A stretch of 64,000 nucleotides of DNA from Candidatus Latescibacterota bacterium. GTDB taxonomy: Bacteria > Latescibacterota > UBA2968 > UBA8231. How positions within the stretch are numbered: position 1 is the stretch's first letter; each line of letters begins with the position of its first letter. The notes beneath the pieces are model-generated. The model did not search any database. It was not told the DNA's origin and saw only the letters and a program-made list of their open reading frames with translations. Both the position numbers and the translations under genes were made by a program. Below are positions 1-8,602 of the stretch, piece by piece. The stretch is taken from the NCBI GenBank assembly GCA_964291625.2, contig OZ220089.1, forward strand, positions 1,568,001 through 1,632,000. The letters are read 5' to 3'.

Positions 1-661
1 GATCGCTTCTCAGGGTGGCTCGCAAGGAGTAGAGGCGGTTGCTGGCCACGCCGTAATCGACTGCATTCACCCACTCCCCGCATGATCCCATGCCGTAGCC
101 AGCCACAAAGGACACTCGGCGGCTGTAGCCATTCCCCTCTTCGCGGTCGATCCAGTCAGCGTAGCCGCTATACCCGGAGAACTCGAAGGAGCGCATGGGA
201 GGTCTCTGAGAGGCTGGCTCGTCGAAGAAGTGACCGGAGATAGAGACCTCCGTGTCTCCTTCGGTAGAGGGGATCGTGTAGGACCCAGCATTCGGCTTGA
301 AGCGGAAGATGGATACCTCTTCGCTGCCTGTGTGCTCCATGAGACGCCGGCCGTCCCAGCGGACCTTCTTGCCCACCATGCAGTGAGGCGGGGCGGAAGT
401 CCCTGAAGGCAGGCCGCTGAACACGTAGTAGGTCTTCCCATCGATCACCTCGGTGGTGTCGATGGTGATGGTCACCTCGCGATAGGCTCCCTCCGACAAG
501 CCCATCACCCCATCGTCGGAATCGCCGGCCTCTTGCTTGTAGACCCAAGAGTTGCCGACCACCAGGGGGAGGTAGTCGGAAGGTTGGTACGTCGTCGTCT
601 GGGCCTGAACCCCGGACGCGAGGACAGCTGGCAGGATCGCCAGCAAGATGCAGATCTGCAT
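1..661 (-). CDS. Exported hypothetical protein, 3' end outside window
   Basis: Not in the ORF track. Manual translation from ATG 661 gives MQICILLAILPAVLASGVQAQTTTYQPSDYLPLVVGNSWVY..., with a Sec signal peptide (VQA|Q), and stays open to base 1. Confidence 0.75.
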   Translation of the reverse strand, partial: MQICILLAILPAVLASGVQAQTTTYQPSDYLPLVVGNSWVYKQEAGDSDDGVMGLSEGAYREVTITIDTTEVIDGKTYYVFSGLPSGTSAPPHCMVGKKVRWDGRRLMEHTGSEEVSIFRFKPNAGSYTIPSTEGDTEVSISGHFFDEPASQRPPMRSFEFSGYSGYADWIDREEGNGYSRRVSFVAGYGMGSCGEWVNAVDYGVASNRLYSLRATLRSD

Positions 662-960
662 CGCTGATCTTTCCTTCGTTCTATCAGAGAGGTAGGAAGG
701 AATGCCCGTCGATGACGGGGCCAGTCCTCCACTTTTGCGGGAAGGGGGGAGAACCTCGATCCGAACTGGGTAGCTGTCAAGTTCTTGTTGAAGTGTCAGC
801 AACTCGGCACGGATTTCCGGGGCCTGCCCAAGGCTCTGGAGCGCCGGACGAAAACCTTGCCAAGGCACCCCTGCCGAACTTATCCTTGGGCAAGTGGCTC
901 CCGCCCCTCACGAATGGGGCGGGAGCTGCCGTCTCCCTTCGCGCCGTGAGGAGGTACTCC

Positions 961-1887
961 ATGCGGACTGGCCTGACGATGTGCGGAATCATTGTCGGAT
1001 GTCTTCTGACCCCCGCCCTTGCCTATGAGTGGGAACATTGGGAATGCCACGAACCTACTTACCACTACTCCGATTTTGTCGGCGTCGGCACCTATTGGCA
1101 TAGATTATTGGTGAACGATAGGATTAGTGACTTGGCCATAGATCGACGCAATGGCAAACTGTACTGGACGTACCGTTCCACCATCTATCGATCAAACCCA
1201 GATGGCTCTGATGCCGAGCATTGGGCCGGCCCTTTCTTTCACGAGGGTGACCTCGGCCCGGGTCCTCTCCACGGGTGGACATGGGCCATGCATCGATTCT
1301 TCATCGGCATCGAAGGCCCCTATATGCATCTGTCCATGTGGGTCAGCCATGGCGGAGACACGGAGAGCCGATTCTCAATCAAGGTCGCTTTTGATGACTG
1401 GCCGGGCGATGAAGACACTTTCAAACTGATGACAGACCCTATTAGCCTAGATGGTGTGTTTTCCCCCCCGGCACCTATTGACGTACATGACTACGACGAC
1501 AGCATCGATGATCGAATTGAAGCCATGGCTCCTGTTCAGTGCGGATTCCATTACGCTTTGGACGACATAACAGGATTCTTCTATTGGGTAGGGACGGGTG
1601 ATGGTGTCTTAAGAGCGTGTAGGATCGCAGACCCTGATGTAGATGATGGAGCGTACAGACTTCACACAGTGGAATACGACCCAGAGGACGAAAGGCCGAT
1701 CATTGACCTAATCGCACACAACGACAATGTGTACTGGGTGACCAATCACCACGAGATCTTCCGCTGGAAGTGGGGTGAGGACAACGACCCATTTACCAAG
1801 ATCATAGACGCGCAAGACGTAGCGAACTCCCACTTCCAGACGGCTGTCGAGCCAACGTCCCTCGGCACCCTGAAGGCATCCCAGTGA
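961..1887 (+). CDS. Exported protein with YWTD/LDL-receptor class B-like beta-propeller segment
   Basis: AGGAGG before ATG 961; signal peptide ending ALA; DLAIDRRNGKLYWT..IYRSNPDGS, FFYWV and VYWV blades; C-terminal TAVEPTSLGTLK tail. Confidence 0.7.
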   Translation: MRTGLTMCGIIVGCLLTPALAYEWEHWECHEPTYHYSDFVGVGTYWHRLLVNDRISDLAIDRRNGKLYWTYRSTIYRSNPDGSDAEHWAGPFFHEGDLGPGPLHGWTWAMHRFFIGIEGPYMHLSMWVSHGGDTESRFSIKVAFDDWPGDEDTFKLMTDPISLDGVFSPPAPIDVHDYDDSIDDRIEAMAPVQCGFHYALDDITGFFYWVGTGDGVLRACRIADPDVDDGAYRLHTVEYDPEDERPIIDLIAHNDNVYWVTNHHEIFRWKWGEDNDPFTKIIDAQDVANSHFQTAVEPTSLGTLKASQ

Positions 1888-1894
1888 GGACCTC

Positions 1895-2712
1895 ATGCTG
1901 ACTCGCGCAGGACTCTCTCTCTGTGGAGCGCCATCGCCATCGTCGTCATCTTCGTGGACCGCATGGCCAGCGCCGCCGCCGACGCCGGGGTGGTAGCCCA
2001 GGCCGCGTACATGAAGCTCTACGATCCCGCCTTCCGCCTGCTGGAGCGCGAGGTCGGGGCCATGGGGCCGGAGCCGCGCTTCGCCCAGGTGAACCACCTG
2101 CACACCGACAACCGCCATCACCTGGCCCACTTCCGGCTGCGGCGCGCCGACGACCTGCCCGACTCGGCCCTCCGGGAAACAACTGCCCTCCGCAACGCCG
2201 ACTCCGACCGCGCACTCGGCCACGTCCTCGGCCACGTGCGCTCGGCCTTCTTCCACCTCGCCGGCAGCATGATCCACGACCTCTACGGACTGCGCCACCT
2301 CTTCGGGCCGCCGGAACGCGTGGCCGCCACGGAGATCTGGAGCGGCGGCCTGGGGATCAGCACGATCCTCGGGTGGGCCGGCGGCCTGCGCTGCGCCGCC
2401 ACCTGGGTCGAGCTGGAGCGCATCCGCCACTTCCGCGAGACCCTGGAGGTCTACGGTCCGGACCGCGGCGCGATCCTCTCCTACCCGACGGGGTTCTCGC
2501 GGGGGCAGCTGAGCGAGGTGGTGATCCGAGGGGTCTCGGAGGAGGGCGAGCCCTTCGAGCGCCGGCCCTCCGTCGACTGGGAGAGCCCCTTCGTCGCCGA
2601 GCTGCGCCACTTCCACGCCTGCGTGACGGAGGGGGAGGCCTGCCGCACGCCGCTGGCGGAGGCCCGCCACGACGTGCAGTTGGTGGTTGACATCGCCCGC
2701 GCAGGTGGCTGA
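1895..2712 (+). pseudogene. N-terminally truncated Gfo/Idh/MocA oxidoreductase joined out of frame to a signal-peptide-like leader
   Basis: AYMKLYDPAF, GSMIHDLY and FVAELRHFHACV match the Gfo C-terminal half; the Rossmann domain is absent; the ATG 1895 leader is off-frame across a (CT)5 tract. Confidence 0.6.
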
Positions 2713-2727
2713 CTCGTCCGTTCGCCC

Positions 2728-3040
2728 TTAGTACCGGCCGAACTGGGCGTCAGTTCGACAGCTAACCCGCACATCCTGAATGCGATCGACGTGGCAACTG
2801 CTGTGCGTGTCCCGGTCCACACTGTGAGCGTGTAATAGGACATTGCGGTCTAGGGTTCGGCGCAGGGAGTACGGTTCGATGCGCCGCGTCGAGCCACGAC
2901 AGCCGCGTTTCCACGCGTAGCCGGTTGCCGCCGCAAATCGGACGACCTTCAAGAGAGACCGTGCCGCTGGGACGGCCGAGGGGGCGTCGCAGTTCTTGGC
3001 GGGAAAGGGGTGTGAGGGGTGCGGGTGGCAGTGCGCGGGC
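2728..3040 (-). pseudogene. Decayed C-terminal WYL-like part of an AbiEii/AbiGii nucleotidyltransferase toxin
   Basis: VVRFAAA / NRLRVE / GSTRRIEPYSLRRT..NVLLHA..VDRIQ / AVELTP are spread over different frames. Confidence 0.6.
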
Positions 3041-3101
3041 GAAACCTCAACGTCTCCAAGTTGCCGATCTTGGTTTCCACGCTGAGCAGAGGTAAACGTG
3101 G

Positions 3102-4744
3102 CTACAGATAGGTGTTGTCGATCAGTATCTCAATGTTATACCAGTGGACCTTCCAACCGGCCATGCTCGGTTCCTCCTCTACTACTCGATAATGCTGTCC
3201 CTCAACGGGCAGATAGGCTCGCTTGCGAAGCCATTCGCCGATTCCCTCAAGGCCTAAGTTGCTCACGATCTTGCGTAGCAAGTGTGGTATTCGCACGACG
3301 GGCACATCCTCCGTGTGCACATATCCGCCACCCACCGAAGATTCGGATGCAACCGCCCAATCAACCCTCCAATTCTCATCGATTCCCAGCACACTGTAAA
3401 GCGCATCTCCGCGTGTGTCGATTAGTTCCCGACGGACTCGTACTTGCGCAAACCCTCGGCTATCTCCTTCGACCGCTCCCAAATCTCGCGTACCTCTGCC
3501 GGTGCCACAAAAGACTTCAGTTCGAGAATGAGACAGTGTTTGCTCTCCTCGTCCATGAGCGCCAGATCGACTTCAGAGGCCACATCCCACCCCGGTACAT
3601 TGCCATGCCAGTGACGCATTCGCATTGGCGTTAGCGTATCGACGATGCGCCCGCGTGACCGAGCTTCCCTGTCCGAGCTTAGCGAATTGTAGATGACTCG
3701 TTCCTCTGGAATGCGGTTCATGAGGACCGCGAAGTTGCGCTCCAGTCGCGAACAGAGCACAAGATTGGGTGCGATGCCAAGCTTGTCCGGAAGCAGCGGA
3801 ATCAGCGGCTGCAATGCCAGATCCGGCTGCTGTATCCCGCGCGTCCCGTATGTGTGATCCTCAAGCAACGCTCCGGTGGTTTCCTCGTCCAGCCCGGTGT
3901 ACCGGACCATACGCCGGTGGATTTCCCTCCTGTCCATGATGACCAGACTGTCTGCAAAGCCCCACTCGCGTAGGCCTGCTTGCGAGGCCTGAACCCTGGC
4001 GAGAACGTGAATTCCACACAGAGCCCGCAGCACACGAGCCCAACGTTGGAATTCCCCAACCGAGTATCGAGAAAAGGTCCACTGAGCAGGAAGTGGAGGT
4101 TCTGGACCGAGAGAAACCTCCATTGCACTTTCTGCTAGTTGAACCATACGTGGATTCAGACGGTAGGAGAATCTCTCGCCCTCCAGTCGCAACGACGCGC
4201 CAATCTGCTGCGCCAACTGTATCTGAGCGCCACTCTCTGGGTGTAACTCATCAATCCCGCCATCTACAAGCCGATCGTAGGCTTCGTAGCGCGCGTTCTG
4301 CTTCAGAAGGGGATCGGGGACTACCGTATTGTGATCAAGTGTCAAGCCAATAACACCGATACTCGCGTAGGTATACGCAGCCTCAAAATCCAGATAGCTA
4401 TCAGACAGATCCGACAGAGCAAGTGCTGCGTCGAGCATCTCTTGATCATGCTTGTGGGGAATACTCCCACCCTCGCGGCATGTCTTCCACATCCATAGTA
4501 AGGGCCGCTTGGCTTGTGTTATGACCGAATCGGCGAGAGCTGCCATCGCCTGATTGTCTAGAAGCAAGGACATCGAGCCGGCGATCATTGGGACGACGAA
4601 GCGGGCCTCGCAGGCAGCAAGATAGTGCCACGCAGCTTCTCCAAATGGCCTGTTCAGCAGTTCGTTGACCAAGTGGGCGCGATCAATCTCGACTTCCGCT
4701 TTGCGGAGCTCCGGAGCAACTGCACCACCTGTCTCCATAGACAA
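3102..4744 (-). pseudogene. Frameshifted ~547-aa protein with C-terminal PD-(D/E)XK-like nuclease motif
   Basis: ORF 3422-4744 carries EVDLAL..LILELK. Adding one G near 3450 (GAGGGTTTGCGCAA) joins it to ORF 3102-3482 (EGLAQVRVRRELID...). Lower GC than the flanks. Confidence 0.6.
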
Positions 4745-5035
4745 AATATCCTAAGGGCTTGGGCGAACCCGCTGATTGTCAAATGCCATTGATGCACTTT
4801 ACCCCGCCCCCCTCCAAGCGATCCACCAAGGATGTCAAGGGACACAGAGACTCGCGCACCCGGCTGATCAGGGTTGGTTGGTGCCGGATCGGTATTCCTC
4901 CACCCTGAGGTGAGGCGTGGCACCAGGAACGGGGATCTGCAACGCACCCCGGGGCGAAGCCCCCGGCCCCAGCGAGTAACCCTCGTCGAGCGAGGGAATG
5001 AGATGTCGCCCCGGTTCCGCCATCCTCAGCCTGTG

Positions 5036-5262
5036 TCATCGGTCCTGGGCCAGTTGCTGGTTTGTGTCGCGGAGGCGGAAGCTACGGCCGTCGATCTGCA
5101 AGGACATGGCAGTAGGGCAACAGACGAACCCATGGCCGTGGCCAAGGACCTCGTCGCCGGCCAGCATCTCCGGCCATTCACGGGTGCTCCTATGGAGGTG
5201 ATCAGGGTGCTCCCACACTCGTAGCGATGGTTGATGACCTTGAACAGCAGGTGTACATCCAA
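5036..5262 (-). mobile_element. istB: IS21-family IstB helper ATPase C-terminal remnant
   Basis: HLLFKVINHRYECGSTLITS / EWPEMLAGDEVLATA / LQIDGRSFRLRD across frameshifts. Confidence 0.75.
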
Positions 5263-5390
5263 CTCTCCGCAAGCGCGTCATGGCCATGGATGCCCCAGAG
5301 AAGCCAGCCGATCACGTAATCCTTCTCGATCACGTGGGGATTCAGGCCGAGCGCGGCAGCGGCTTCGATGATCTCCCGCTTGTCGATCAT
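5261..5390 (-). pseudogene. abiEii: N-terminal fragment of AbiEii/AbiGii nucleotidyltransferase toxin
   Basis: MIDKREIIEAAAALGLNPHVIEKDYVIGWLLWGIHGHDALAESW breaks just before the expected FKGGT motif; ATGA overlap with the abiEi stop. Confidence 0.8.
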
Positions 5391-6200
5391 GGGCGCCGCT
5401 CCGGCACCCAGTTCGGCGGCACCCAAAGGCGCCACCGTGATACCAGCCGCGTACAATCCAGGGTGGGATCGAGCCGGGCATTGCCCTGCGTCAGCCGCGT
5501 GCGGCATTCCTCGCGTAGGCCGCCGGATTCCGCATGCCCCTCGAGCAGAGAGCCGAGTCGCTTGAAGACCGCACCATTGCCGAGAGTCTCGGCATAATCG
5601 ATCAGGGTGTCGTCATTGCGGTCCTCGTGTTTCAGGTAGGCTTCCAGGCAGTCGGCGACATGCTGAATCCCGCCGCCGCGGGCGGGATCGTCGAACATGT
5701 CGACCATGGTGCGGTGAACGTCGGAGACCAGGACTCTCGACTGCCCCCGCCAGACCGGCCTGGTGCCGAAGATCTTTCTCTCATGGATGTGATGTAGAGT
5801 GAAGTGAGCACCATGGCGCACCTGGTGCTTGTGGCGCACCGGCCGGGCGGTCAAGACAACGATGTCCCGGAACAACTGCTCGGTCAGGTCCCAGTGCCCG
5901 GCCGCTGTGCGGCCGCCCACGTAGGCCGGGTCGTAGAGGGCTGGGACCAGCACCCACGGGTCGTCGAGAACCTGAGGGCTGTCGAGCAGATCCAGCGAGG
6001 CGGAGACATAGGCTCCGTGGGCCACCCGGCGCAGCCAGCCTTGCCGGGTCCAGCGGGAGAGAAGCTGCGAGGCTTGCGTCCTGTCGACCGACAGGATGGC
6101 CTCCACGTCGGCGGCACGAATGACCTCACCGGCGCCCTGTATGACCGAGACGAGCCGGCGCCTCCCGCGCGGGATAGGCTGTGATTGGGCGATGGTTACT
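5387..6200 (-). CDS. abiEi: Type IV toxin-antitoxin AbiEi family antitoxin (start uncertain)
   Basis: wHTH (LLSRWTRQGWLRRVAHGAY), AYVGGRTAAGHWDLTEQ, SDVHRTMVD and GNGAVFKRLG; the frame is open upstream of GTG 6106 to about 6200. Confidence 0.8.
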
Positions 6201-6284
6201 ATACTCTCGACGCAATAATTGACTTTTTTTGTTAATTTGCGACGGTAGAATATACTGTCTTCTCTCAGGACATCAACCCGTGCC

Positions 6285-6596
6285 TTACCCGACGCTCCGA
6301 GGCACGTCGAGAGTTGGTATCCCGGAGACGTCCACGGTGCGCTCCGCGACCGCCAGATCGTGGATTCGCTGCAGGCTTACCCAGAAGCCGGCCCCGTTGC
6401 CGAAGAGCTTGCCGAAACGCACCCCCATCTCGGCGGTGACCGGCTGCTTCTCGTTGAGGATGTCGTAGAGCGTCTGCCGGGATATCCCGAGGGCATTGGC
6501 TACAGCGGTCTTGCTGATGGACAACGCTGGCAGAATGTCCTCGCGCAGGATCTCCCCCGGATGCACCGGGTCAATGGAAGGGTGTCTCTCGATCAT
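6285..6596 (-). CDS. higA: HigA-family addiction module antidote (XRE HTH)
   Basis: VHPGEILREDIL, ALGISRQTLYDILNEKQPVTAEMGVRFGKLFGNGAGFWVSLQ. Confidence 0.9.
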   Translation of the reverse strand: MIERHPSIDPVHPGEILREDILPALSISKTAVANALGISRQTLYDILNEKQPVTAEMGVRFGKLFGNGAGFWVSLQRIHDLAVAERTVDVSGIPTLDVPRSVG

Positions 6597-6681
6597 CCTG
6601 AGCGCCTTGTGCAGTGTGCTTCCGAAGATGACTCTAGATGACGGGAGGAAGCACTTGTCAAGCAATGCCTTACAGGCAGCC

Positions 6682-7335
6682 ATGGCCTCCACCGTGGTGG
6701 CTCTGCCGCCCGCGGTCATCGCCCTCGCAGTGGCCCTCGCGCAGCCCGGGCCCGCCCCGGCAGAGACCACCCGGGTCGACAGCCTGGGTATCACGGTCCG
6801 GGACTCCCTGTCCCAGGGCCTCGTGGTGTGGGCCGTCAACTCCTACTGCCCCTCCCGGAACTGCAAGGCGGTGCAGCGGCTGGAGATCTTCCGGCCGGGT
6901 ATCCTGGAGACGACCTTCGGCGACGAACAGGCCGGGTGGCTCAGGGAGAAACTGAAGGACCTGCACGTCCAGGTTCTGGAGGGGCTTCGCGCCAGGATCG
7001 CCCGGGGAATCCTGCGGAAGTCGGATTGGCGCGGCCTGTACGAGGTCTCCCTCACCGTCCTCGATCTCAAGTTGCGGCGCCTCTACGAGCAGAACCTCGA
7101 GGAGCGGAGGGCCGTCAGGGCCGGGGTGCGGGTCACCCTGTCGACGCGCTTCGTGTTGCGAGAGGTCGAGACGGGAGACCGGCTTCACTCGGAGGTGATC
7201 GCCGCGAGCAGGACGGCTCACCTTGGCGGTGAGCCGGTCGAATTCAGGGACTTGCTGGAAGAGACCGTCATCTCCGCCTACAAGACCCTCTCCGTGCAGT
7301 ACGACAGCCTCTCCGCGTCTCCCGGCGATCGGTGA
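6682..7335 (+). CDS. Exported hypothetical protein
   Basis: Signal-peptide-like N-terminus from ATG 6682; coding-like codon usage; 9-nt gap to the next gene. Confidence 0.55.
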   Translation: MASTVVALPPAVIALAVALAQPGPAPAETTRVDSLGITVRDSLSQGLVVWAVNSYCPSRNCKAVQRLEIFRPGILETTFGDEQAGWLREKLKDLHVQVLEGLRARIARGILRKSDWRGLYEVSLTVLDLKLRRLYEQNLEERRAVRAGVRVTLSTRFVLREVETGDRLHSEVIAASRTAHLGGEPVEFRDLLEETVISAYKTLSVQYDSLSASPGDR

Positions 7336-7344
7336 GGTGACCCC

Positions 7345-8595
7345 ATGCGGTATCGAGCTCCGGGCAGGCTCAGACTTGGTCTCTCCCTTCTCCTGTCCGC
7401 GTTCCTGCACCTGCTTCTCATAGCCGGCTACCACCTGCTCGCCCCCTCGCCCTCCCCCGGCCACCTCCCCTTCTTCCGCCCTCCTCAAGCCCCGTCCACC
7501 CCTCGCCTCACGGGTCGGGAGCCGGAGGCCGAGGCCCCCGCCATGAGGAAGGTGGCGGGCCGATTGCCGGATCTGTCCCGAACCGTGGATGCTGTCACCT
7601 CCACCGTCTCCGACAGTGTCGCGCCGCGTGGGGCACCAGGCGACACCTTGGCGGGACCCATCGAGGTGGGTGGGAGGGGTCTCTCCTTCGTGAGGCAGGT
7701 GCCGGCCGAGGATTCGGCGGAGGTCCGGGTCCAGGACCTGGGACCCTCCTTTCCCATGGAGGAACGCGACGCCTACGCGCGGCTGTGGGTGCCCGACGCC
7801 GACCCGACGGATCAGGAGAGCGCCCCCGCCAGAAGGGCCCGCCAGATCGTCCTGGCGTGCCTGAACGCCATGGGCGGCGTGGACCGGCTCGAGGCCCTCC
7901 ACTCGATGGCCGCCGTCGTGTGGGTCCGGGCCACGAGCAGCTTCATGCCCCCCGTCGGCAGAGAGCGCCCATGGGTTTATACAGTGGCTCCCTATGTCCA
8001 TCCCGTGTCCGTCTGGCGTTTCGAACGCAGCGGGGACTGGGAGCGCAGGCCCTACGCCCGGGAGGGGGGGCTCCCCAGCCTGACCGGGATGGTCCCCTAC
8101 TACGAGGTCGGGGCCTTCTTCAACTTCTTCGAGAATCGCTGGCGGTCCTCCCCTCCCTGGAGCCGTACTCACCGTGAGCGATCGGAGGGGGAACGCTGGA
8201 ACTTCGTCCACCGGTTCCTCGGCGAGGGAGTGCAACTGCGATACGCCGGCAAGGGAACCTTCGATCGGCGTTCCGTCCGATCCGTGTTCGTCGACGACCG
8301 GAAGTTCGGCCGCCTCTTCCTGGCCCACTTCGATTCCGATGACGCCCTGCTCGTGGCCGTGGAGGAAGAGCTGTCGGAGAGGGAAGCGGAATGGTTCAGG
8401 GCCCAGCGGGGCCATCAGAGAAGGAAGAGCCCGGTCTGGACCACCCGCTATGGGGAATACGAGGAGATCCAGGGGATCCTGTGGCCAACTCGTTGGCGCC
8501 GGACCGAGGCAGGCGCCCAGGGCTCTTCCACCATCCTCCTGAGCGTCGCCTTCAACGGCGAAGAGCCGAGCCAGGAGCCGCCCGAGGTGGACTGA
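7345..8595 (+). CDS. Membrane-anchored hypothetical protein, possible LolA-like fold
   Basis: N-terminal TM (SLLLSAFLHLLL), Pro-rich linker, LNAMGGVDRLEAL and YGEYEEIQGILWP motifs. Confidence 0.6.
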   Translation: MRYRAPGRLRLGLSLLLSAFLHLLLIAGYHLLAPSPSPGHLPFFRPPQAPSTPRLTGREPEAEAPAMRKVAGRLPDLSRTVDAVTSTVSDSVAPRGAPGDTLAGPIEVGGRGLSFVRQVPAEDSAEVRVQDLGPSFPMEERDAYARLWVPDADPTDQESAPARRARQIVLACLNAMGGVDRLEALHSMAAVVWVRATSSFMPPVGRERPWVYTVAPYVHPVSVWRFERSGDWERRPYAREGGLPSLTGMVPYYEVGAFFNFFENRWRSSPPWSRTHRERSEGERWNFVHRFLGEGVQLRYAGKGTFDRRSVRSVFVDDRKFGRLFLAHFDSDDALLVAVEEELSEREAEWFRAQRGHQRRKSPVWTTRYGEYEEIQGILWPTRWRRTEAGAQGSSTILLSVAFNGEEPSQEPPEVD

Positions 8596-8602
8596 GCGGA
8601 GA

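Noticed and set aside
4777-4850. IS21 terminal inverted repeat (TGTCAA at 4777 and 4833)
   Set aside because: No partner end or target duplication could be identified.
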